The position numbers were made by a program, and so were the translations under genes. The notes beneath the pieces are model-generated. The model was not told where the DNA came from, made no database searches, and saw nothing but the letters and a program-made list of their open reading frames with translations. 64,000 nt of DNA from NCBI GenBank assembly GCA_020628145.1, contig JAHDFN010000001.1, forward strand, positions 3,278-67,277. The letters are read 5' to 3'. Source of the stretch: Saprospiraceae bacterium. Its GTDB lineage: Bacteria; Bacteroidota; Bacteroidia; Chitinophagales; Saprospiraceae. Shown here one piece after another: positions 45,226 to 55,102 of this stretch (its first letter is position 1; every line of letters begins with the position of its first letter).

Positions 45226-45504
45226 ATGACATTCTTTAAATGGATATTGATTTTAATGGGAACCATGATTCTTTTCGGGGGCTTGCTTATTGCTACCATG
45301 AGTATCCAAACGCCGATTGACGGCTGCGACACCTTCGGTTTTCCTTATACTTTCCTGAGTCGTTGTAGTGGCAAAACAACTCTATCCGATTCGGATAATG
45401 ATTGGATATCATATTCCCATTTGATGTTGGATTTTCTATTTTCTTTTATTCTTGTTTTTTTATTCGTTTTTTTGATGGATAGAATTAAAAAATCCATCCG
45501 GTAA
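45226..45504 (+). CDS. small hypothetical membrane protein
   Basis: 92 aa from ATG 45226, with two hydrophobic segments (N- and C-terminal). No known motif. Confidence 0.4.
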   Translation: MTFFKWILILMGTMILFGGLLIATMSIQTPIDGCDTFGFPYTFLSRCSGKTTLSDSDNDWISYSHLMLDFLFSFILVFLFVFLMDRIKKSIR

Positions 45505-45519
45505 AATTAAAATGGAAAC

Positions 45520-46362
45520 ATGCTGGCACTGACAAAAAAATATGGTGAAAAAAGGGCGTTCGTTACAGGAGCAGCCATGGGCTTGGGAAAATCCTTCTGC
45601 AAACATTTAGCCCGGGATGGTTGGACCATTGGAATGTCGGATGTAAATACCGAACAATTGGAACAGGCCGCAGATGAAATTAGAACGCTTGGAGGAACTC
45701 CCATTCTTTTTTCCCTTGATGTTTCCGACAGGCAAAGATATGAGGAAGTCGCAGACATTTTTCTGGAACGGGTAGGAGGCATCGACTTGCTCGTTAACAA
45801 TGCCGGAGTCGGTGACGGTGCCGCATTCCACGAATACAGTTTGGAAAACTGGGATTGGATGATCGGCATCAATCAGATGGGAGTATTGTATGGATGCCAT
45901 TTTTTCGTACCTACTTTCATGAAACAGAAATTCGGACATATCATCAACATCGCCAGTGCCGCAGGTTATGCCAATGCCCCTCGGATGAGTCCCTACAATA
46001 TGACCAAGGCCGCAGTCATCTCTCTTTCGGAATCGCTTTATTATGAATTGAAGCCTTTAGGTATCAATGTCTCCGTCGTTATGCCGACCTTCATCCGAAC
46101 GGATATCATGCAACATGCCAGAGGCTCGGAAGAAGCGATCAAGGCCGGTAGGAAATTACTACAAAAGACAAAACTCCTTCCGGATGACGCCGTCAAGGAA
46201 ATGTTGGTCAAAGCCGGCAAAGGTAAATTGGAAATCGTCCTACCCCGACAATCCAGAGTGAGTTACTGGGTCAAACGACACTTCCCCTGGCTGTTCAGGA
46301 GAACGCTAAGCAATTTGGCGGCACAACAAATAGAAAGGGCCGAAAAACGGAATAAGGCATAA
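45520..46362 (+). CDS. short-chain dehydrogenase/reductase (classical SDR)
   Basis: TGAAMGLG, NNAG and S...YNMTK catalytic motifs. Confidence 0.85.
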   Translation: MLALTKKYGEKRAFVTGAAMGLGKSFCKHLARDGWTIGMSDVNTEQLEQAADEIRTLGGTPILFSLDVSDRQRYEEVADIFLERVGGIDLLVNNAGVGDGAAFHEYSLENWDWMIGINQMGVLYGCHFFVPTFMKQKFGHIINIASAAGYANAPRMSPYNMTKAAVISLSESLYYELKPLGINVSVVMPTFIRTDIMQHARGSEEAIKAGRKLLQKTKLLPDDAVKEMLVKAGKGKLEIVLPRQSRVSYWVKRHFPWLFRRTLSNLAAQQIERAEKRNKA

Positions 46363-46445
46363 GTGTAATTTTCGTATCTTTTGCCCATTGTTGCCAATCA
46401 AGCTTGAAGTGCTTTTTCAAATCATTAAACCTTTATACTTAGCCT

Positions 46446-48089
46446 ATGGAATCCCGCTTGCACATTTCAGGAGATACGCATGATGTTTTCAATCAGGCAA
46501 GTCCGTTTTCAAATAGGAACCTTTACGATAATGATATTCCCTTACGGGAATTGCTTTCTCCCAAAATCGGCACGATAGCATCCAGATTATCCGAATTGGG
46601 AAAAACCCTATCCCAACCCGAATGGATAAAAAAGGGATTCCAAGCCAATGAAAACACTCCGGTTTTCCACTCTCATAATCGGTTCGGGCAAAGAACGGAT
46701 ACCATAGAATTCCACCCGGCGTATCATGAATTAATGGCATTGGCCATCACTAATGAAATACATGCCTACCCTTGGACACATCCAAACGAAAAACACCGTC
46801 ACTTCGTCAGAATGGGAATGTTTTATATGCATTCACAAAATGAAGCCGGAACAGGTTGCCCCATATCGATGACTTTTGCCTGTATTCCGGCCATTAGCAA
46901 AACGCCAAAAATCGCCAAGGAATGGTTGCCCCGTATATTGGGAAATCAATATGATCCCAACAATATGGTTTTCTCGGAAAAGAAAGGGCTGACCATCGGC
47001 ATGGCTATGACTGAAAAACAAGGAGGAACCGATGTTAGGGCCAATACGACCCAAGCAGTCGATATGGGTAACGGTTGTTATGAATTGACGGGACATAAGT
47101 GGTTTTGTTCCGCTCCGATGTCGGATGCTTTCCTGACCTTGGCACAAACGGATGAAGGACTGACTTGTTTTCTGGTTCCTCGTTGGAAACCCGATGGGAC
47201 TAAGAACAACATTCATATCCAAAGGATAAAAAACAAACTAGGAAATAAATCCAATGCCTCTGCCGAAATAGAATACAGAAAGGCATTTGCGGAAATCCTA
47301 GGAGAAAAAGGCCGGGGTGTTCCGACTATCATAGAAATGGTAGGACTGACCCGCTATGATTGCATGATTGGCTCTTCCGCATTGATGAGGCGGGCGGTTT
47401 CCGAAGTCATCCATCATATCTCACAACGAAAAGTCATGGGACGGCTACTGCTCGAACAACCATTAATGCAGAATGTCGTTGCCGATATGTGTCTGGAATC
47501 GGAAGCGGCCTTGGTCATGACAGCCCGTGCAGCCCAATGTTTGGAGTCTGAAGATGATATTGCCGAACAATTACTGATGCGGTTGCTGATGCCTGTCGGC
47601 AAATATTGGATTTGCAAACGGGCTATGCAATTGGCAGGAGAGGCCATGGAATGCTGGGGAGGCAATGGCTATGTGGAGGAATCCATTCTTCCTCGTATAT
47701 ATCGGGAAGTACCTGTGAATTCCATATGGGAGGGAAGCGGGAATGTACAGTGTCTGGATATTCTACGTGCATTGGGCAAACATCCGGACATATTGGCTGT
47801 ATTTTTCAGTGAAATGGATAAGGCCAAGGGCATGAATTCGATTTTTGACAAATACCTTAGAAAGTTGAAAATCGAAATCCCACATACCCTTCACCAACCA
47901 TTTCTAGCTCGGAGATTGGCTGAACAATTGGCTAAAGGTTTCCAAGCGGCCCAATTATTACTGGCCGATAAAAGCCTTGTTGCCGATGCCTTTTGTGAAG
48001 CTAGATTGAAACACCAGGGTTTACAATTCGGTAATCTGCCCGATGGTATTTTTACGGAAAAGATCATCCAACGGCATCACATGGGTTAA
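46446..48089 (+). CDS. aidB: AidB-like acyl-CoA dehydrogenase family protein
   Basis: 547 aa, colinear with E. coli AidB: THDVFNQ, FHPAYHELM, GMAMTEKQGGTDV, KLGNKSNASAEIE, YREVPVNSIWEGSGN. Confidence 0.85.
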   Translation: MESRLHISGDTHDVFNQASPFSNRNLYDNDIPLRELLSPKIGTIASRLSELGKTLSQPEWIKKGFQANENTPVFHSHNRFGQRTDTIEFHPAYHELMALAITNEIHAYPWTHPNEKHRHFVRMGMFYMHSQNEAGTGCPISMTFACIPAISKTPKIAKEWLPRILGNQYDPNNMVFSEKKGLTIGMAMTEKQGGTDVRANTTQAVDMGNGCYELTGHKWFCSAPMSDAFLTLAQTDEGLTCFLVPRWKPDGTKNNIHIQRIKNKLGNKSNASAEIEYRKAFAEILGEKGRGVPTIIEMVGLTRYDCMIGSSALMRRAVSEVIHHISQRKVMGRLLLEQPLMQNVVADMCLESEAALVMTARAAQCLESEDDIAEQLLMRLLMPVGKYWICKRAMQLAGEAMECWGGNGYVEESILPRIYREVPVNSIWEGSGNVQCLDILRALGKHPDILAVFFSEMDKAKGMNSIFDKYLRKLKIEIPHTLHQPFLARRLAEQLAKGFQAAQLLLADKSLVADAFCEARLKHQGLQFGNLPDGIFTEKIIQRHHMG

Positions 48090-48833
48090 TCAGAAATCAC
48101 AATCCTTTCCATTTTCCTTGAGCCATTTTTCCTTGTCCTTATAATCCGGCATGGCATTGGAGACCCAATTCCAAAAACGGGCGGAGTGGTTCATTTCCTT
48201 CCTGTGTGCCAATTCGTGGATAATGACATAATCCATGACATCTTCCGGAGCAAACAACAAACGGGTCGAAAGGTTGATATTGCCCTTGGATGAGCAACTA
48301 CCCCAGCGTGTTCCGGTATATTTCAAATTGACCTTCCCTATCGGAACTTGGAAATATATCCGATTCAACTCCCTGACTTTCCTTTCTATTTCGGCATGTT
48401 GGTCTGCGGCAATGAGTCTGGAGAGCAAGGTTTTCATGGCCTGTTCATATCCCACATTTTCCTTATTGATTTTCAAGTGTATGATCCCGTTTTTCAGATT
48501 ACCCGAATGGGATTTGTTCGTTGTTTCTTCTAACGATAATTCATATGCTTTCAAACGGGTCTTAATGTAATCTCCACTTTCGTAAGCTTTTACTTCAAAT
48601 CGGGTTTTGATATAATCTTCGTTTTTGAGCAGGAACTTTTCAAACCACTGCCAGTGTTTTTTCTTTTCTCCCGGCAATAGGTATCGAGGCAATCTCAGTA
48701 TAGCCGACTTTTTACCAATGGAACATCTGACATTCCTCCTGTTTTCATAATATACATCCACAGGAAGAGTAAAGCCGTTCAACTCATGAGTAAAACTTTC
48801 CTTTTTATAGTTTTTTTTCCGCTTCATAAACAT
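48090..48833 (-). CDS. YgjP-like M48/SprT-type metal-dependent hydrolase (DUF45)
   Basis: The C-terminal motif YVIIHELAHRKEMNHSARFW and the WGSCS motif are typical of YgjP/DUF45. Confidence 0.8.
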   Translation of the reverse strand: MFMKRKKNYKKESFTHELNGFTLPVDVYYENRRNVRCSIGKKSAILRLPRYLLPGEKKKHWQWFEKFLLKNEDYIKTRFEVKAYESGDYIKTRLKAYELSLEETTNKSHSGNLKNGIIHLKINKENVGYEQAMKTLLSRLIAADQHAEIERKVRELNRIYFQVPIGKVNLKYTGTRWGSCSSKGNINLSTRLLFAPEDVMDYVIIHELAHRKEMNHSARFWNWVSNAMPDYKDKEKWLKENGKDCDF

Positions 48834-48897
48834 CCCAATAAAAAATGCATCCTATTATAAAACAGAATGCATTGATATATGGTTTATCCTAATTCGG

Positions 48898-50265
48898 TTA
48901 CGGTTCCTTTTTACTTTTCAGCCACGGTTCCAAAGCTTCACAGCCTTCATAATCGCTGTCTAGTTTAATGTAGGTATTCGAAATTTTATCTTCGACCCAC
49001 TCCACCGTTCTCCGACTCTTTTTTTCTTCAATGGCAGCCGTTTTGATTTTGGAATAATCTTCTTCCAGACTTGCTTTATGCGGCTCTGTCATTGAAACCA
49101 ATTTGAACATCCTGAAGGCTGCCTCCTGCCTGTCGGAAACTATTTTTATAGGTTGGCTTACATTTCCGACTTGCATCGTATCTATTGTAAAATATACATC
49201 GACATCCAATTCTCCTGTTTCAAAATAAGTGCTGCCTGTCGCCGGGTTAAGCATCAGGCCATCATTGTAATAGCTCTGTGCTTTATCGGAAGAATAGTCC
49301 TTAACAGCCTTTGAGAAAGAGATAGAATCAATCAGGATCAGGTCACGTACCTCCTGCAATTCATTTTGGGATTTCCGCATGTCATCTGCCGTAATGACCG
49401 GTTGCACCAATATATGCCGGGTATGGATGCGGTTTCCTAATCGTTCCAACAATTGTATAATGTGGAAGCCGAATTCCGTTTCCACAACTTCTGATATTTC
49501 TCCTTTTTCCAGGGTATAGGCCGCAGCTTCGAACTCAGGAACAAACTGCCCTCTTTTCTGCCATCCCAAGTCACCACCCAATCTACCTGAGCCGAAATCA
49601 TCGGAATGGGATTTGGCCAGTTCCGCAAAATTAGCTCCTTGATCCACAATCATGGTACGGAGTTCAAGGGCCTTATCTTTGGCTTTTTTCTTTTCGTCCG
49701 GATTGGGTTCGGGATAATATACGATTTCTCCAATTTCCACTTCAGAATTGAAATATGGAAGGCTATCTACCGGAATGGCATTAAAAAACCCAATGACTTC
49801 TGCCGGTGTGATTTTAACATCGGAGATGACTTGTTGTTGCATTCTTTGGGCCAGGAGTTGATCTTTCATGTCTGTTCTGAATTTCTCCTTTGCCTCTCCG
49901 ATTGTCATCCCATAATAATCGGAAAATTGTTGGGGGTCATTATTCATCATGACCAATATCTGTTCGAAACGGGCATTCATTTGTCCTTCCACTTCTTCAT
50001 CCAAAACAATAAGGCTGTCCAAGCGAGCCTGATTGACCAAGAGTTTCTGGCTAAGGAGCTGGTTGAGGATAAGGCATTCCGCATCGGGAGGAAGAACGCC
50101 TCCCTGGCTTCTGGCCATCGCTATATTTTCATCCAATTCCGATTTCAGCAGGATTTCACTTCCGACGATGGCAATGATCTTATCCAATACTTCTCCTTGT
50201 GACCAAAGATTAGGGAGTATCATTCCCGTACACATCAATATGATAAATAACTTTCTCATTTTCAA
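48898..50265 (-). CDS. SurA-like peptidylprolyl isomerase (one parvulin domain)
   Basis: Signal peptide, SurA_N-like region, and a parvulin motif GGDLGW...FGFHIIQL. Confidence 0.8.
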   Translation of the reverse strand: MKMRKLFIILMCTGMILPNLWSQGEVLDKIIAIVGSEILLKSELDENIAMARSQGGVLPPDAECLILNQLLSQKLLVNQARLDSLIVLDEEVEGQMNARFEQILVMMNNDPQQFSDYYGMTIGEAKEKFRTDMKDQLLAQRMQQQVISDVKITPAEVIGFFNAIPVDSLPYFNSEVEIGEIVYYPEPNPDEKKKAKDKALELRTMIVDQGANFAELAKSHSDDFGSGRLGGDLGWQKRGQFVPEFEAAAYTLEKGEISEVVETEFGFHIIQLLERLGNRIHTRHILVQPVITADDMRKSQNELQEVRDLILIDSISFSKAVKDYSSDKAQSYYNDGLMLNPATGSTYFETGELDVDVYFTIDTMQVGNVSQPIKIVSDRQEAAFRMFKLVSMTEPHKASLEEDYSKIKTAAIEEKKSRRTVEWVEDKISNTYIKLDSDYEGCEALEPWLKSKKEP

Positions 50266-51113
50266 TTAAAATATTTTACGTGTCCCTTCCGCTCTGCTTT
50301 CTGATACAACTCCTCACGTGTTCTTTCCACTAATTCCAATTTCCTATTATGAAGGATGAATTTGATGGCATGATTACGAATATAGCTCATCGGGGGTTCA
50401 CTGTTTTTGGATTGGACTTCCATCACCTTTACGTAGTATTTGAAGCCATCCTTTGTCTGTTCGAATTCCTTTCCTTCTTTCATCGAAGAAATTACATCTT
50501 TCGGAAATTCCTCGACCAATTCATCTTTATTGATCCAAATGCTATCCTCCAATTGATAAATCAATGCACTTTCTTCACAGGATTTGGATAACTTTTTCAA
50601 ATCCGATTTTTCATCACTCTTCCACCATTTTTCAATTTTATCCAAATTAGGTGTATCAGCATCCCATTTCATGAATTTGCACCTCATGATACTGGTTTCC
50701 AACTGGAAATGGCTTTTGTATTTTTCATAATAATCCAAAAGCTGGTTTTCGGTGATTGTAGAATCCAATGAAGATTCGGCAATCTTTTTTTCATAATTAT
50801 GCAAAATCAGGGAAGCTCTATAATCCCTTACCAATTTATCAATATTCAGATCTTTACTCACGTTTCTTTCCGCTTCATACAACATTAGGTTTTCACGAAC
50901 CCATCTTTCTACATATGCATTCACGATCAAGGAACTATCGGTTGGTGTCGCAGAACGAGGAATCATTCCCTCCAATTCAGATAGATAAAGTGGTTTATTA
51001 TACACTTTAGCCAATAATATGTCTTCATCGCTCCGATCTTCATCAGGAGGCATACATGCTACTATCCAAATGGAAGCAGCTAGGAATAAGATTATTTTCA
51101 ATTGGTCTCCCAT
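50262..51113 (-). CDS. SurA_N-like periplasmic chaperone paralog without a parvulin domain
   Basis: Lipoprotein-like N-terminus (AASIWIVAC). 4-nt overlap with the downstream PPIase. No G.LG....G.H parvulin signature. Confidence 0.5.
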   Translation of the reverse strand: MGDQLKIILFLAASIWIVACMPPDEDRSDEDILLAKVYNKPLYLSELEGMIPRSATPTDSSLIVNAYVERWVRENLMLYEAERNVSKDLNIDKLVRDYRASLILHNYEKKIAESSLDSTITENQLLDYYEKYKSHFQLETSIMRCKFMKWDADTPNLDKIEKWWKSDEKSDLKKLSKSCEESALIYQLEDSIWINKDELVEEFPKDVISSMKEGKEFEQTKDGFKYYVKVMEVQSKNSEPPMSYIRNHAIKFILHNRKLELVERTREELYQKAERKGHVKYFN

Positions 51114-51132
51114 TCGTTACAATAGTCAAAAA

Positions 51133-53103
51133 TCACCTGATGAGGTTGCTTAGCGTCTCTTGATTAATTTTGACAGCATATTCTTTTTTAAGTTGTTCAA
51201 TCCATTGTCTTTCCAATTCATCCTGATAATCGGCAATAACATAACCTCTGGCTTCCTTGAGGGACTTTTTCTCCTTAGGTAGGATTTTTTCCAATTTCAC
51301 AAAGGTAGAAGAATCATCATTATTTGTTTCGGTTGGGGTCATTAAACCTTTCACCCATTTTGTCTTACTATCATTAAGATATTCATACTTGGTCTTTCCT
51401 TTTTCCATCTTACTGGTCGTCACCGTCAGGAGATTTCCATTTTTGTTGATTTTTTTCAGAACATCTTCTGATGATTTCTTTCCGGCCAGTTTCCTAGTCT
51501 TACCCAATATTTTTTCACTTTGGGATTTCAATGTATATGTGCTGGCCTCTGCCCGAGCATTCCACGTATAGTTGTCGGAATTGGAGTTATAATAATTTTC
51601 CAAACCGACCGTATCTTGTGATGCCTTGTCCCAAACTTCTTTTTTAGTGACTTCGAAAAGCAGGATTCCCTCTTCGTACTCTCTCATTAGCGACTTGAAA
51701 TCCGGATATTTTTCAGCTAATTGTGATTTTTCATATTCCAATGCCTTTTCATCGGAATAATGCTCCAATAAAACATCCACCAATGTTTTCAAGTCGGTCG
51801 TTCTTCCTATTGTACTTCTCTTCCGTCCCATTCGTAGGAGAGCATCAGTAAAATCACCTAAAGTATAATCCGCACTTTCTCCGAATGAAAATAATGTTTC
51901 ATTGCTTTTCTTGGGAGCCCTCCATTTTGTTGTTAGAAATTGCTTATCCAGTGATGCCGTGAAGCGACTCAGGACCTTTTCATCGACCTTGTAATTCCCG
52001 TTCTTCTTTATTTTATGGATAATAGCCGTCCTCGCTTCCTTAAATCTGGAATCCTGTTCTATTTTGACTTGTAATCGGTTTTTCTCTTCTTCAAACCTAC
52101 CCAATTCGGCCTTGCTTATTCGTTTGAGAATATGCCATCCCGCCGAAGTTTTAATCGGTTCTGAATAGTCTCCATCCTTTTTCAATGCGAATGCAGCATC
52201 TTCAAAAGAAGGCTCGTTCACTCCTATCCCGAAGAATCCGAGATAACCGCCCTTTGCAGCACTTTTCTTATCATCGGAAAACTCTCTTGCCGCATTTTCA
52301 AAATCCTTTCCGGATTTTAAAGCCTGGTAAGCTGTTTGGATTAGTGCCTTGGGATCTTTAGCAGGATTTTTTTCATCCTTTCGGATCAGTATGTGTGCCA
52401 ATTCCATACTCCCCCGTGCTTTTCTGGTTTCATTCACCTTTATGATATGATAGCCCATTGAAGTTCTTACAGGCTTGGAATATTTACCTTTTGCCGTATT
52501 ATATGCTGCGGATTCCATATGGTAGAATCCATTGGGTAGCAAAGCGGTAATCCAGCCCAATCGTCCCCCTGTCTTCCCCGAATAGGGATCTTCAGACAAG
52601 GTTTTGGCTGCATCTTCAAAGCCCTTTCCTTTATCCAACTGTTCTTTTATATCGCTTATTTTTTTAAATGCCTCTAATGTATCTTTAGGTGTCTGTCGGC
52701 CTTTTATCGCTACCATAATATGGCTGATATTCACATCTTTCTTTATTCTATCATATGCTTCCCTTAATAATCTCTCCTTGACTTCCTTATCGATTAGATA
52801 TGAATCGGAAAGTTGTCTGCGATATCCATCCAACTCTTGTTGAAGCGAGGGAATCGTATCGATTTTCATTTCCTTTGCCTTTTCAACCTTTAATTTGAAT
52901 TTTATATATAAATCCAAATACTCATTTACGGATCCTTTAGAATAATCGGCTTTTTGACCATTAGTCTTTTCATAAATGTATTTAAACTCGGATTCATATA
53001 CTTTGGTATTGCCAACAGAAAACAGAACAGGATCATTTTGGGCATCTGCCACCAAAGAGGATGTCAATATAATCAGTGTGATTATTAATAATCTTATTTG
53101 CAT
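51133..53103 (-). CDS. PpiD/SurA-like peptidylprolyl isomerase (two parvulin domains)
   Basis: Signal peptide. Two parvulin signatures: GGRLGW...MGYHIIKV and GGYLGFF...AGWHILKR. Confidence 0.8.
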   Translation of the reverse strand: MQIRLLIITLIILTSSLVADAQNDPVLFSVGNTKVYESEFKYIYEKTNGQKADYSKGSVNEYLDLYIKFKLKVEKAKEMKIDTIPSLQQELDGYRRQLSDSYLIDKEVKERLLREAYDRIKKDVNISHIMVAIKGRQTPKDTLEAFKKISDIKEQLDKGKGFEDAAKTLSEDPYSGKTGGRLGWITALLPNGFYHMESAAYNTAKGKYSKPVRTSMGYHIIKVNETRKARGSMELAHILIRKDEKNPAKDPKALIQTAYQALKSGKDFENAAREFSDDKKSAAKGGYLGFFGIGVNEPSFEDAAFALKKDGDYSEPIKTSAGWHILKRISKAELGRFEEEKNRLQVKIEQDSRFKEARTAIIHKIKKNGNYKVDEKVLSRFTASLDKQFLTTKWRAPKKSNETLFSFGESADYTLGDFTDALLRMGRKRSTIGRTTDLKTLVDVLLEHYSDEKALEYEKSQLAEKYPDFKSLMREYEEGILLFEVTKKEVWDKASQDTVGLENYYNSNSDNYTWNARAEASTYTLKSQSEKILGKTRKLAGKKSSEDVLKKINKNGNLLTVTTSKMEKGKTKYEYLNDSKTKWVKGLMTPTETNNDDSSTFVKLEKILPKEKKSLKEARGYVIADYQDELERQWIEQLKKEYAVKINQETLSNLIR

Positions 53104-53292
53104 GGAACGTTATTTTAATCAATGCTTAATCAAGGGGTTTGAAAAACAATACAAAATTAACAACTTCAACCTATAAGCCAAACATCTGTATAGGGTATAA
53201 CGATTTCTTCACAGGGATGTCCTGTTTATTTAACCTAAAAATGAATGTAAATCGTTTTGAATTATATAAATTCGGCAGAAAACAGTGGAGCA

Positions 53293-53829
53293 TCAATAAT
53301 ATTTACTGATGGTAAACCCAATCAATTCACCTTCGGAAGTCGTTTTCATTCCTATGTCATCACAGGTACCATCACCAAAATCTACGGTAGCCGTCCATTC
53401 ATCTCCCTTAAAGTATTTAATGACTCCCGATACCAAATAAGGGCAATCATCTGCCTTGACGATAGGCTCGACTATGACTTTTTCATAATCGAAATCCTTA
53501 TTACCGTCCTTCTCCTTAGTCAGATAAACGACTTCCTTTTCATCTCCTTTGTCCAGTTCTGCCTGTTCATCTTTTTCACCGCTACCAAAATTTATGGTCG
53601 CTAATACAATTCCACCTTTTTCATATTCCAAAACTCCCCGGGTATAATATTCCGAATTATCAGTATTGAGTAAAGGACTCATCGTAATAATTTCGAAACC
53701 GGATTCAGGCAATCTCAACTGCATTTCCTCAGAAGAGACATAATCTTCGAATGATTTTTTAATATCGAATTTTTCACAGGAAAAAAACAATGTTGACAGT
53801 AGTATTACAGCAAAAAATAATGTTCTCAT
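53293..53829 (-). CDS. hypothetical lipoprotein with an internal duplication
   Basis: MRTLFFAVILLSTLFFSCE lipobox from ATG 53829. Repeated module GVLEYEKGGIVLATINFGSGEKD / GVIKYFKGDEWTATVDFGDGTCD. Confidence 0.5.
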   Translation of the reverse strand: MRTLFFAVILLSTLFFSCEKFDIKKSFEDYVSSEEMQLRLPESGFEIITMSPLLNTDNSEYYTRGVLEYEKGGIVLATINFGSGEKDEQAELDKGDEKEVVYLTKEKDGNKDFDYEKVIVEPIVKADDCPYLVSGVIKYFKGDEWTATVDFGDGTCDDIGMKTTSEGELIGFTISKYY

Positions 53830-53857
53830 TTTTATAGCTTCTACAAGGTTATCATAA

Positions 53858-55012
53858 TTAAGACAACCAACTCTGGTAATAGGTATGATCTTCAATCTCC
53901 AGCGTATGTTCTGTTAATTGAAGCGGTTTAAAGGTGTCCACCATCACTGCCAATTCTTGAGTCGCTTTTTTTCCGATACTTTTCTCTACAGTACCGGGAT
54001 GTGGCCCATGTGGAATACCTCCGGGATGCAAGGTGATCATTCCCTTTTCAACATGCTTCCTAGACATAAAATCTCCATCTACATAATAAAGTACCTCGTC
54101 ACTATCGATATTGGAATGGTTGTAGGGTGCCGGTATTGCCTGAGGATGATAATCATATAATCTAGGGCAGAAGGAGCAAATTACAAATCCTTTGGCCGCA
54201 AACGTCTGATGAACCGGTGGTGGTTGGTGGACTCTTCCGGTAATCGGCTCGAAATTATGGATTGAAAACGCATAAGGATAACAATAACCGTCCCATCCGA
54301 TTAAATCGAATGGATGATTCAGGTAAGTATAAGGATAAATCACATCCTGTTTTTTAATATAGAACAGGAAATCCCCTTTTTCATTATGGGTTTCCAGGTT
54401 TTCAGGCTTTCGAATATCCCGTTCACAGTAAGGAGAATGTTCTAATAATTGTCCGAATTGTCCCCGGTAACGTTTTGGAGGCACAATCGGGCTGGAACTT
54501 TCAACAATGAAAAGACGATTATCTTCGTCTTTGAAATGCAATTGGTAAATCGTCCCCCTCGGAATAACCAAGTAGTCTCCATATTCGAAATCGATATTAC
54601 CATACATCGTCTTAAGCACTCCCGTTCCCTTGTGAACAAAAATCACTTCGTCAGCATCAGCATTTTTGAAAAAATAATCCGTCATGGACTTTTTGGGTGC
54701 TGACAATACGATTTTACAGTCGTCATTCACTAAAACCGGTTTACGGCTTTTGATATAATCATCCTCTGCGGGAATACCGAATCCATTGAGGCTACGATGT
54801 TTCAATTGCCTATCGGAAACCAATTTAGGTACAACAGAAAAAGGCTCTCCCACCTGCTTGATTTGGGTGGGTGGATTGACATGATACAATAAGGAATACA
54901 TATCATCAAAACCAATGGTGGAAAATAGTTCTTCATGATAAAGACTCCCATCAGGTTGTCTAAATTGGGTGTGCCGCTTACTCGGTATCTGACCGATTTT
55001 ATGATAATGCAT
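53858..55012 (-). CDS. hmgA: homogentisate 1,2-dioxygenase
   Basis: 384 aa. N-terminus MHYHKIGQIPSKRHTQF and cupin-type His/Glu iron-site regions match the short bacterial HGO type. Confidence 0.85.
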   Translation of the reverse strand: MHYHKIGQIPSKRHTQFRQPDGSLYHEELFSTIGFDDMYSLLYHVNPPTQIKQVGEPFSVVPKLVSDRQLKHRSLNGFGIPAEDDYIKSRKPVLVNDDCKIVLSAPKKSMTDYFFKNADADEVIFVHKGTGVLKTMYGNIDFEYGDYLVIPRGTIYQLHFKDEDNRLFIVESSSPIVPPKRYRGQFGQLLEHSPYCERDIRKPENLETHNEKGDFLFYIKKQDVIYPYTYLNHPFDLIGWDGYCYPYAFSIHNFEPITGRVHQPPPVHQTFAAKGFVICSFCPRLYDYHPQAIPAPYNHSNIDSDEVLYYVDGDFMSRKHVEKGMITLHPGGIPHGPHPGTVEKSIGKKATQELAVMVDTFKPLQLTEHTLEIEDHTYYQSWLS

Positions 55013-55102
55013 TGAACTCCGCTTTTAATTCCTGTGAAAATAGTCGAAATGGAAGTAAGTTCAAAGAGAAGGAGTTGCTTTTATTTTTCAAAAATTCGAA
55101 AC

